The position numbers and the translations under genes are program-made. A model generated the notes under the pieces. It saw nothing but the letters and a program-made list of their open reading frames with translations. It did no database searches and was not told the DNA's origin. 64,000 nucleotides of DNA from Candidatus Binatia bacterium (GTDB lineage Bacteria > Desulfobacterota > Binatia > HRBIN30): assembly GCA_026415395.1 (NCBI GenBank), contig JAOAHD010000007.1:855972-919971 (forward strand), read 5' to 3'. This document shows positions 9,528 to 18,527 of this stretch, in pieces. The stretch's first letter is position 1. The number at the start of each line of letters is the position of its first letter.

Positions 9528-12121
9528 GCGAGCCAGCGAAGATAGGACGCGGGCTTGTGCCGCAAGTGCTGGCGGTTCCGCCCGAACGACTGTACCAGGA
9601 TTGGGCGGCTGCGCGTGCACGCGCTGTACGGTACGCGCAGGCTCTCGGTGTTCCCCGTGAAGAAGTGGAGCTGCTGGCCGAGCGCGCCGTGCAACGGGCC
9701 ATTGAGCGTCCGCATTGGCCGGAAGGAAGCCATGCGATTGCGGAAACCCTGCGTGCGCTACGCGAACTGGCTGCAGAAAGGAATCGGGTTGCGGCTGATT
9801 GTCTTCCCGCCTTGCCGGAACAGCTCCGTTGGTGCCTCTGTCGGTGGTTGCAAGCCGCGGGCCTCAAGGAAGTGCCGCTGCGCAACGGTTTCCCCACCTC
9901 GCATCAGGTGCTGCGGCGTCGTCACATGCGGCCTGAGGTGGTGGAGCGTCGCGTGTGGCGGCGACTGTGGAAGCGGTTGCGTGGGGTGCGCGATGAGAAC
10001 GTGCTGCGCGGGCGCGAATTGCGCCGGCGCCGCTCTGCCCTGCCGTGGATTCGCGCAGCGCGGATCCGCCGGGTCTTCTTGGCAACACTCGTCTTGTTGC
10101 CGACGATCGTCGCCAGCGGCTTCATGCAAACGGTGCTCCCCTATCAAGGGCGCACGTGGCTCGAGTTTTTCATTGTGCTGTTTTTCGGCGCCCTCTTTGG
10201 CTGGATTTCCATCGGATTTTGGACGGCGGTGTTCGGCTTCTTCACGCTGCTCTTGGGCGACCGTTACGCCATCACCCGCCTGCCACCCGTGGACTCGCGC
10301 TCATTTCGACCGCGCGGGCGCACGGCCATCGTCATGCCGATTTGCGAGGAACCCGTGGAGCGTGTGTTTGCCGGCCTGCGTGCCATTTACGATTCGCTGG
10401 CACGCACCGGCGCTCTGGAACACTTTGATTTCTTCGTGCTGAGCGATAGCGCGGATCCAGGCACTTGGGTGAGGGAGGAGGAGGCCTGGCTTCGCTGGTG
10501 CCAAGAAGTGGATGGCTTTGGCCGCATTTTTTACAGGCGCCGCCGCGTACGCCTGAAACGGAAGAGCGGTAATGTCGCGGATTTTTGCCGCCGCTGGGGG
10601 GCGCATTACGAGTACATGGTGATGCTCGACGCCGACAGCATCATGAGCGGCGACACCATTGTGCGCCTTGTGAAGCTAATGGACGCAAACCCCAACGCCG
10701 GCATGATTCAAACCGCGCCCCGAGCCGTGAATCGGCGCTCTCTGCTTGCCAGAGTGCAGCAGTTCAGCAGCCGGCTTTACGGACCCATGTTTGCCGCCGG
10801 GCTACACTTTTGGCAGTTGGGAGACGGCCAGTACTGGGGGCACAACACCATCATCCGCGTGGAGCCATTTACCCGCCACTGTGGCCTCCCCCGACTGCCG
10901 GGGAAGCCGCCTTTGGGCGGCGAGATTATGAGCCACGACTTTGTCGAGGCCGCGTTGCTGGGCCGCGCTGGCTGGCAAATTTGGCTCGCTTACGATCTCG
11001 AAGGAACTTACGAGGAAGTGCCTTCGACCCTGCTCGAAGAAATGAATCGCGACCGGCGCTGGTGCCAAGGGAATCTGCAGCACTTGCGCTTGTTATTTAC
11101 CGAGGGGCTGTTCGGCGCCCATCGGGTGCTGTTCCTCAATGGCGTGCTGTCCTATGTGTCGGCCTTGCTGTGGTTCGCCTTCTTGAGCCTGAGTACGATC
11201 GAGGCGGTGTCGCACGTGCTCTGGGAGCCGGAGTACTTCCCCCACGGGCCCGCGCTCTTCCCCGAGTGGCCGATTTGGCGGCCAGAGTGGGCGATCGCCC
11301 TGATGGCAGTGACGCTCGCGATCTTGTTCCTCCCCAAACTTCTTAGCGTGTTCTTAGTGACGGTCGTGTGGCAACGAGCGAAGGAGTTCGGTGGCACGCT
11401 GCGGTTGCTCGTGAGCGTGTTGCTAGAGATTTTGTTGTCGAGCTTGTTTGCCCCGATCCGCATGGTCTTTCACAGCCGCTTTGTGGTGCAAAATCTCCTC
11501 GGCCGCACCGTGCAGTGGAAGTCGCAAGGGCGGGAGGATGCGGAAACCACCTGGGGCGACGCACTTCGGCACCATGCTTGGGATAGCCTGTGGGCGAGCG
11601 GATGGGGTTTGGGGCTGTATTGGTTGAATCCAGGGTACTTTTGGTGGTTGACTCCGATCATCGTGGCGCTGATTTTATCGGTGCCGCTGTCCGTGTGGGT
11701 GAGCCGCGTAAGTTGGGGTGAGCGCACGCGGCGCTTAGGGCTGTTCCTGATTCCGGAAGAAGTGTCTCCACCTGTGGAGCTGGTGATTTTGGAGCAATAC
11801 TGGCAACGGCTGCAGCGCGAGGCCGCAGCGCTACCGAAGGGAGAACACGATGGCTTTGTGCGCGCTGTGGTGGACCCGTGGATGAATGCCTGGCATCGTG
11901 CGTTGCTGGGTGTGCCGCGGCGCCTCGCTCCCGAGGTGCGTGCCCGACGGCAACAGTGGCTGGAGCAGCTTGTGGCTGGTGGGCCCCGCGCTTTGTCCGC
12001 ACGCGAGCGCCGTTACCTGTTTTACGACCCCGAACTCGTCGAGGGGTTACACGAGCGGATTTGGTCGCTGGAAGACGAACTGCGATTGCGGGACTGGGGC
12101 CGGCCGGCTGGCGTGGATTGA
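9524..12121 (+). CDS. opgH: glucans biosynthesis glucosyltransferase H (GT2, MdoH/OpgH)
   Basis: The ATG at 9524 overlaps the opgG stop. The protein has multiple TM helices and a GT2 core reading MVMLDADSIMSGD...QTAPRAVN...YWGHNTIIR...MSHDFVEAALLGRAGW. It ends with QGNLQH. Confidence 0.9.
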   Translation: MSEPAKIGRGLVPQVLAVPPERLYQDWAAARARAVRYAQALGVPREEVELLAERAVQRAIERPHWPEGSHAIAETLRALRELAAERNRVAADCLPALPEQLRWCLCRWLQAAGLKEVPLRNGFPTSHQVLRRRHMRPEVVERRVWRRLWKRLRGVRDENVLRGRELRRRRSALPWIRAARIRRVFLATLVLLPTIVASGFMQTVLPYQGRTWLEFFIVLFFGALFGWISIGFWTAVFGFFTLLLGDRYAITRLPPVDSRSFRPRGRTAIVMPICEEPVERVFAGLRAIYDSLARTGALEHFDFFVLSDSADPGTWVREEEAWLRWCQEVDGFGRIFYRRRRVRLKRKSGNVADFCRRWGAHYEYMVMLDADSIMSGDTIVRLVKLMDANPNAGMIQTAPRAVNRRSLLARVQQFSSRLYGPMFAAGLHFWQLGDGQYWGHNTIIRVEPFTRHCGLPRLPGKPPLGGEIMSHDFVEAALLGRAGWQIWLAYDLEGTYEEVPSTLLEEMNRDRRWCQGNLQHLRLLFTEGLFGAHRVLFLNGVLSYVSALLWFAFLSLSTIEAVSHVLWEPEYFPHGPALFPEWPIWRPEWAIALMAVTLAILFLPKLLSVFLVTVVWQRAKEFGGTLRLLVSVLLEILLSSLFAPIRMVFHSRFVVQNLLGRTVQWKSQGREDAETTWGDALRHHAWDSLWASGWGLGLYWLNPGYFWWLTPIIVALILSVPLSVWVSRVSWGERTRRLGLFLIPEEVSPPVELVILEQYWQRLQREAAALPKGEHDGFVRAVVDPWMNAWHRALLGVPRRLAPEVRARRQQWLEQLVAGGPRALSARERRYLFYDPELVEGLHERIWSLEDELRLRDWGRPAGVD

Positions 12122-12149
12122 TCGGCCCGAGCCGAAAACGAGCAAACGC

Positions 12150-12893
12150 TCAAAGCTGCGGCAACCGTTTGGGCGGGCCGAACGCGCCGAAAAAGTGTTC
12201 CGCCCAGGTTGCGAACAGCGGCGTGCTCGGCAGCCCCAGCGTACGCAGCTCGGTGGCCAACTGGTGGCTTCCGAGTTCCAACTCCACTCCTGCCCCAGCA
12301 GGGAACATCCGCGCACCGCGCATTCCTGACGAGAACTCCACCACGCACAGGTCCGGGTGGTACGTGAAGGTGTTCATCACGCTTTCGTCCTCGGGCATTT
12401 CCATCCCTCCGGTGCGCGGCAATGTCAGTCCGACGGCAAACTCGCCATCGAGGAACAAGCGGCAACAAACCTGGTCTGCAGTGTAGTCGAGGTCGATCCG
12501 TTCGACGGTTTTCGGGAACCCCCAGATTTGCCGGCCCGCTGCGCAGGTAAACTCGCCATCGACGGGCAGGCGGTAAATGAACGTCCCTGGCTGCACCGCC
12601 GAGTGTACGCGCGGACGAACGAAAAACACAACCATCACCTCGCGGTACGGGCCCAAGTCGTTGTCCGTGTAGTCGACGAAGCCGAGCACGAGTTGCGATT
12701 GCCCGCGCTCGTGCTCCAAGGGCTCCAAGGCGGGTCCGATGAACGAGCGTGCCGCCTCTGCTGGAACCGAATACACCACGTTGGCCGCCTTGGCCGCACG
12801 AACACGGCACGGCATGACAACCGTTTGCCCGAGAACCTCATAGCGTTGCGCAGTCGGTTCGGATCCCTGTGTTGGGGAGAAGACTTCCATCAT
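12150..12893 (-). CDS. acetoacetate decarboxylase (ADC)-family protein
   Basis: The protein is 247 aa. The ADC-family assignment is from overall sequence pattern recognition, without a diagnostic motif. Confidence 0.55.
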   Translation of the reverse strand: MMEVFSPTQGSEPTAQRYEVLGQTVVMPCRVRAAKAANVVYSVPAEAARSFIGPALEPLEHERGQSQLVLGFVDYTDNDLGPYREVMVVFFVRPRVHSAVQPGTFIYRLPVDGEFTCAAGRQIWGFPKTVERIDLDYTADQVCCRLFLDGEFAVGLTLPRTGGMEMPEDESVMNTFTYHPDLCVVEFSSGMRGARMFPAGAGVELELGSHQLATELRTLGLPSTPLFATWAEHFFGAFGPPKRLPQL

Positions 12894-12995
12894 GGCCGCC
12901 TCCTACACCACGAACGCGCGGGCCATTGCAAGCGGGCAGCGGTAGCTCGAGGTTCGATCTGGCCGCACGAGTTTTTCTGCCCGCGTAGCACGCGG

Positions 12996-14684
12996 CTATG
13001 GGTAGCGAAGAGACCGCGCGCCGGGGCGGAGCTGCAATGCGGTGGTCACACTGGCCTCACCGAGAGTGACGGACACGGTTAAGGAACCACTCGCACTGGG
13101 TTGAATGGCATCGGTTCGTGCCAGGACCGAAAATTCGAACGTATGCTCGTCTCGTTGCACCAGGTCGATAGCCACCACTCCTTGTGCCGTGCGCGAGCGC
13201 CAGCGGAAGCGGTTGTTTCTTGTGTTGCGCAGCCATTCGTCGGGGTTGATGCCGGCCGATAGCAGCAGTTGAGCCCCGTTCCGCACAGAAAAGAAAAAGG
13301 CGTCGTGGAGAATTTGCCAGGCTGGATCGTGGGTACGAAAGGTGCCTTGAAGGAGCAGGCGGTGCCGCGCGGGTTCGTCGCTCTTGTCAAGCACCAAGGC
13401 AGCTCGTTCAAAGGTCAAGCTGGCGCCGGTGGCTTCTGGGTAGAGGCTACACACGGCGGCTCGATCGTCTTCGCGCAGGGCCGCGCCGCGGTAGTCGAAG
13501 TGAGCGCGGAAGTACATCGTGGCATCGGCCAGGAGTCGGTCGCGCTCACCCGGATCGTCGGAAGAGTGGGCGAGCCCGATTGCATGGCCGATCTCGTGCG
13601 TCAGCACCTCGGCAAGGCCAGGAATGTTCCAGAAGGGGCATGCCGCAAATCCGTTGGCGATCACCACATCACCCTCGGAGATTGGGAAGAATGGGCTTCC
13701 AGCGAAGGAACGTGGTTCCCCGGGAACTCCACAAATCCCGCCCACACCGAGCACCCCGATGCAATCCACCGGGTCGGTAATGTCGTCGAACGGATCATTG
13801 AATAGAATTTGACTCTTGCCATCGCACCTCGCAAAGGGTGCTGGTTCCACCTGCTCCTCGACTGCAAAGCGCAGCGCGCTGCAAGCGGGCTCGCTCCACG
13901 CTTCCAGGGCGTCTTTTGCTGCCTGAATAGAGTTGTGCGGCCCGACGGCGAGGTCGCCTGTCGCATCGATGCGAAAAGTAACGGGTGTGCCTGCGTCGGC
14001 TTCGAACCAACGAGCGGCAGCGGGTCCGGAGAACGTAAAACGAGGCCGGCGCACAGTCCCTTGCATGGCGCGGCCAACGAGCGCCGTGAGGCGCCGCGGC
14101 TGCTTGCGCTCTGCTGTGCGCAAGCGCTCGAGAAGCAAGTCGAGCCGATAGCCGCGGCTCGACGAGCGTTCGATGCGGCGTTTCTGCAGATTCCAAGCGA
14201 CGCCGTCCGCGAGGTTTTGCACGGCGTACTCCTGTCCGGTCCGGCTGCGCACGATGCGGAACTTCCCCATCCCGAGGTACAACGTGCGGAAATAACCAGA
14301 GCGGGTGCGGCCAACGAACACTAACACTCGCTCCCCGGTGTAATAGGTAGGTGCCCCAAAGACCCAGCGCTGCTGTACGGACGTTTCACCCCCGGCTTCG
14401 GCGAGCACGATCCGCTTGCCCAGGTAAGCTCCGATCGCACCCTCGACAGCAATGGTCACGTTGGTAAAGGTGCCGATCTCGTTCGTCACCGACTCGATTC
14501 CTTCGACCCTCCCCACCACCACGGCATCGGCGGCTGCAAACAGCTCTTCCGGCTCCCCGAGCACAAACGTGGTTGCCCGCGTGCCCCTAGGGGTGATGCT
14601 CGCCCCGAGCGTTGCGATGACGATGAGCGAGCGGAGCGCTCTTAAGGCGCGGCAAGCAGTGGGAGCAGTTCCGAGGATGCACAC
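12996..14684 (-). CDS. secreted metzincin-type zinc metalloprotease
   Basis: There is an N-terminal signal-like segment, the zinc-binding motif HEIGHAIGLAHS (HExxHxxGxxH), and a downstream Met-turn (ATMY). Confidence 0.75.
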   Translation of the reverse strand: MCILGTAPTACRALRALRSLIVIATLGASITPRGTRATTFVLGEPEELFAAADAVVVGRVEGIESVTNEIGTFTNVTIAVEGAIGAYLGKRIVLAEAGGETSVQQRWVFGAPTYYTGERVLVFVGRTRSGYFRTLYLGMGKFRIVRSRTGQEYAVQNLADGVAWNLQKRRIERSSSRGYRLDLLLERLRTAERKQPRRLTALVGRAMQGTVRRPRFTFSGPAAARWFEADAGTPVTFRIDATGDLAVGPHNSIQAAKDALEAWSEPACSALRFAVEEQVEPAPFARCDGKSQILFNDPFDDITDPVDCIGVLGVGGICGVPGEPRSFAGSPFFPISEGDVVIANGFAACPFWNIPGLAEVLTHEIGHAIGLAHSSDDPGERDRLLADATMYFRAHFDYRGAALREDDRAAVCSLYPEATGASLTFERAALVLDKSDEPARHRLLLQGTFRTHDPAWQILHDAFFFSVRNGAQLLLSAGINPDEWLRNTRNNRFRWRSRTAQGVVAIDLVQRDEHTFEFSVLARTDAIQPSASGSLTVSVTLGEASVTTALQLRPGARSLRYP

Positions 14685-15203
14685 AAGAATACAACTCCGA
14701 GCTGCCTGGGCAGCAAAGTTCGCACCACGCTACCGGGAGTTCGTTGTCGTGAATTCGGCAAGTACGGTGCGATCAGCCAGGTTGCTGCTGCGACCCAAAA
14801 GCAACAGTCGTGTCAAATTTTGTAACGCGCAAATGCTGTGCGCTGTTGGCGTCGGGGACCGGTGGAGGAACACGGCACACGCCAGGCGTCGGTCAAACAC
14901 CCGAAGGCAGCCAGAGTTGTGAGCGCGGGCAGTTGCCCGCGTCGTCGACAGGGAGTTTGTGGTGTGAGACTGCGTTGGGAAAGCGGTAGAGCGACGAGCA
15001 GCGGGGGCAGGCTAACGTCCGGTGCGGGAGCGTTTAGAGGAGACGTTGTCAGGTTGCTCGACTGTGAGTTGCCACCCGGAACCACCCTGGCTCGCGCGGG
15101 TTCGGGCACTCCTCGTTGCATGAACCCTACGCCCCGCATCGACTGCAGTGCTTGCGGTGATGCACGTTCCGCCAAGTGCGCGGCCAGTGCCGCATGCCGC
15201 AAG

Positions 15204-18026
15204 TCAGCGCGGCATGGCCGATTCGACCTGAGTAAGGATCAAGGGGGTAACAAGCTCGATCTGCGCGGGCGAGCGGGCATAGATGACCGGGTCCCCTTGA
15301 TACCACTCGATTTGGCCAGTGACGCGGATGCGGTCGCCTTTGTGGTAGAGTTTCTCGGGGCTTCCGCCGAAGGCGCCCCAATCTGGCTTGCGAATGCGTA
15401 CGAGGAACGCGCCACGGTGGGGTCTTTGGAAGCCTAAGTACACTGCTTTGCCATTGTTAAACACTTCCTGCACCACGCCCTCGATGGTTGCCACACGCCC
15501 GGCAAGCTCACGAGCCGCTGTGTGGGGAAAGACGCCGTGGCTCACCAAAGCCACTCGCGGTGGTCGAGACTCTTCTTCGCTTAACCCAGGCTGCAAGCGA
15601 GCGGTGGGGCTTCCGTGCTCGAGCGCAACCAAGGCACCGTCGGTGCTCAAGAAGTACACGGTGTTGTTGCTGATGACCCAGGCGGCATATTCGCTCCAAT
15701 ATTGGTCGTACACCGGTCCCTCGTCGTAGTAGATGTAGAAACCGGGTGGGAAACTGCGGGGGTCGCCGTCCTGCACCAGACCAGACGCACAGTAATGGCT
15801 CGCGCTAAAGCCGCAGTTGCTCGCTGAGGTGACGATGTGGGGTAGATTCGCCACCGTGATCGGCTGTGTGGCGCTTTGCCCGCGGCTGGCGCCGCGGTCG
15901 AGGATCTCGTGGGCGATGCCGACCATCCAGTGCGCACCGAAGACCTGGTTGCCAGCGGCAGCGAGGTAGGCTTGCTCGTCAGTGGGGAAGAAGGTGTTTT
16001 CCATGAAGCGCACGTCGCCCGCAACAAATCCGGGTATGCTCGTGTCGTCGAGCACGAGCTCGCCAAAGCGCGAGTCTGCCCGACCATCGCATGGCGACAC
16101 AAAACAAGGGCTTCCACGCATAACTACGTACGCAAGTTCTTGCCCACCCGCTGTGGCGATGACCGGCATCGGCCCCATGGGCATGTAGTCACCATCCCCA
16201 AAGCCTCCGTGGCCCACGTTGGGCACAAAGGCGGTACTCCCGTCATCTAGGTCGAGCGCAAGCAAAGCTTGTTGATTCGGTTGAGCGGAGAGGTTCGCAC
16301 GCATCGCCGCGTTGGTGCTCGGCCAGGGCGACCAGGTCCACATCGTGTTCCAATCGAGGCGGAGCTTGATGAATACGATCCCGTGCTGCTCGGCAATGAC
16401 CGGCCAGCCATAGGAGACCTCTGCGTAATTGCTGTTGGCGCCGGGATCGCCAGGTAGCCGCGGCGTCGCCTTGGTGCGCCAGGCTTGCGTCCCGTCGCTA
16501 TTGCGGATGCCATGCACATAAAGATCGCGCGAGGCCACGACGACGAGGTCGCGACTGGGAGAGTACGCGGGCGGCGTGTCGACCGGCGAACCGGCATCGT
16601 AATTCCAAGCCACGCTCAGGGAATGCTTGTCGATGGCAAAAACGCGGTTGCCCATCGACACGAAAACTCGAGCTCCGGCAATTGCCGGAGGCAAGGGCAG
16701 GGAACTCGCTGATCCGGTGGAATAGCTGCCCAGGACGCTACCGGTGGCCGCGTCGAGCTTGTAAAGGACTCCGTTGGCGGAGAGTGCGAACAGAGCTCCG
16801 GAGTCGGGGTCATAGGCCGGAGTGGAGTTGATGGCGGCCGGAGGATCGAAATTCCAGATCTCTGTACCAGACGCTTCGTTGAGGGCGAACACGCCACGGG
16901 TACCAGCAGCAATGTACACGCGTCCGCCACCAGTAACCGGCTGGCTATTGCGGGGCAGACCGAACTTACCGCTGCGCACTTGGCCGGAGCTGTTGGGTCC
17001 ATTCCACGCCCACTTCCAACGCCACGGGGTGGGCACGGCGTCGGGCTGGAAGCTTGTGCGTTGCGCGTTGGCTGCGTGCTGTGTCCATTCATTAGTGCTG
17101 CCCGGGCCAGGAGGCGTCGGGTAGATCGGCGGAACGTCGGTGGCGAACTCCGGCCCAGCCGGAGCGCTCCCGCCAAACGAGCACATGCCCACACTGCGCC
17201 CGCGTGGCGCGGAGTCGGCGATTGCACCGGTGCAAGGACCGGCGGGTCCTTCGTCGAAATGGTACAGCGCAGCCGTGCGCCGGTCGCTCAGAAACGGAGC
17301 GGTTGGACGAGCAAAGTTCGTCGTGTAGCGAACGATCTTGGAGATGCGGACTTCGTCGAGGAATCCGGAATATGAGGGATAACTCGGGCCGGCATCGTGC
17401 TTTTCCGCTCCCAAGACCAAATAAGGGTCCGAGTTGGGATACGAGGTCGGACGTCGGTTGCGATAAGAGACGTTTCCCCGCGGGCCCACGCCGGATGCGT
17501 CAAGAACCCCATCCACGAAGATTGCCATCACTCCGGTGCTGGCATTGCGCGTCACCGCAACGTGGTGCCACTCCCCATCGGCCACAGCGGTCGTCCCACA
17601 GATGGTTTGCGCCTCGCTGCGCTTGGCCACACCGAAGGCAATCTTTCCATTGGCGAGGGACACCCCGAAATCCCCACGGTCCCCGTCGCCGAAGACGTCT
17701 CGGTCCACGATGACGTTGCCGACAATCCAGTTGACGCCGCCGGGTACACAGTCAGGGCTCGTGTTCTCGCTCAACTGCGCTTTCATCCAAAATTCGATGG
17801 TGAAAGAGCGACCGACGTCGGCCGGCACCGCGGGAGCATCGATCTTGATTTTCACGCGATCAATGTCACCGGTACCATGCCCGTAAAAGCGGAGTGAATA
17901 GCCCTGCGCTTGCGCACCCCCGCACCAAAGGGCTGAGCACCACACCGCTAGGCAGACAAGCCGGATGAACGTCCTAAGTGGTGGAACAACGCGCGTTGCG
18001 AGCTCGATTAGCCAATGCATGGCCAT
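15204..18026 (-). CDS. large secreted protein: LamG/concanavalin-like domain + PQQ-type beta-propeller repeats + C-terminal OB-fold (BOF/YgiW-like) domain
   Basis: The start at 18026 or 18020 gives MAMHWLIELATRVVPPLRTFIRLVCLAVWCSALWCGGAQA. The domain assignment (N-terminal LamG-like block, central beta-propeller repeats, C-terminal OB-like fold) is from pattern recognition, so domain names are approximate. The track ORF extends further upstream to 18203. Confidence 0.65.
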   Translation of the reverse strand: MAMHWLIELATRVVPPLRTFIRLVCLAVWCSALWCGGAQAQGYSLRFYGHGTGDIDRVKIKIDAPAVPADVGRSFTIEFWMKAQLSENTSPDCVPGGVNWIVGNVIVDRDVFGDGDRGDFGVSLANGKIAFGVAKRSEAQTICGTTAVADGEWHHVAVTRNASTGVMAIFVDGVLDASGVGPRGNVSYRNRRPTSYPNSDPYLVLGAEKHDAGPSYPSYSGFLDEVRISKIVRYTTNFARPTAPFLSDRRTAALYHFDEGPAGPCTGAIADSAPRGRSVGMCSFGGSAPAGPEFATDVPPIYPTPPGPGSTNEWTQHAANAQRTSFQPDAVPTPWRWKWAWNGPNSSGQVRSGKFGLPRNSQPVTGGGRVYIAAGTRGVFALNEASGTEIWNFDPPAAINSTPAYDPDSGALFALSANGVLYKLDAATGSVLGSYSTGSASSLPLPPAIAGARVFVSMGNRVFAIDKHSLSVAWNYDAGSPVDTPPAYSPSRDLVVVASRDLYVHGIRNSDGTQAWRTKATPRLPGDPGANSNYAEVSYGWPVIAEQHGIVFIKLRLDWNTMWTWSPWPSTNAAMRANLSAQPNQQALLALDLDDGSTAFVPNVGHGGFGDGDYMPMGPMPVIATAGGQELAYVVMRGSPCFVSPCDGRADSRFGELVLDDTSIPGFVAGDVRFMENTFFPTDEQAYLAAAGNQVFGAHWMVGIAHEILDRGASRGQSATQPITVANLPHIVTSASNCGFSASHYCASGLVQDGDPRSFPPGFYIYYDEGPVYDQYWSEYAAWVISNNTVYFLSTDGALVALEHGSPTARLQPGLSEEESRPPRVALVSHGVFPHTAARELAGRVATIEGVVQEVFNNGKAVYLGFQRPHRGAFLVRIRKPDWGAFGGSPEKLYHKGDRIRVTGQIEWYQGDPVIYARSPAQIELVTPLILTQVESAMPR

Positions 18027-18527
18027 TATCGTGTACGTTGGTGCCTCCCCAATCAATGCTTTTTTGCCGCGATCGGAGGGCTTCCAGGGCAGACTTGTCG
18101 GTTTGCGAACATGTCGGCAGCGCTGAGCGTGCTCGCCAGGCCCAGCCTGCGTTACGAGTTGACACACGCGCGTGCCACTCACTGCAGGGGGCCTGCTTTG
18201 CACCTAAGCCGCAACAACCTGCGCTTTTTGCGCCTTTTCGACAGGCGCCCATCCTCGAAGGCTAAGCGCAGTGTAAAACAAGCCCGGGCACGGCGAAGAG
18301 TAGTTTGGGAGGTAGGCGCTCGTTCACGGTGGCAAGAACGCCAGCGAAGTGCGGACCACCAACCCCAGCTCCCCGTTGTCTTGGCCGCCGTGCAGGAAGG
18401 AAGCGGTTGCAAAACACGGAATTCCGCATTCACCCCGTTAGTCAGCTCTGCATGGCAGGACCCAGATGGAGCAGTAGCGTCCGCAACAAAGCGCAGCCGC
18501 TTGTTCGGCCCAGAGCAGCTTACCCGT

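Noticed and set aside
9555-10442. Cys-rich 295-aa ORF in an alternate frame within opgH
   Set aside because: It lies wholly inside the strongly supported OpgH coding frame. The Cys/Arg richness is a codon-shift artefact of GC-rich DNA.
18158-18185. Perfect TTGACA hexamer in the intergenic region between the two large secreted-protein genes
   Set aside because: There is no acceptable -10 element at 16-19 bp spacing, and no downstream plus-strand gene. It is likely chance.
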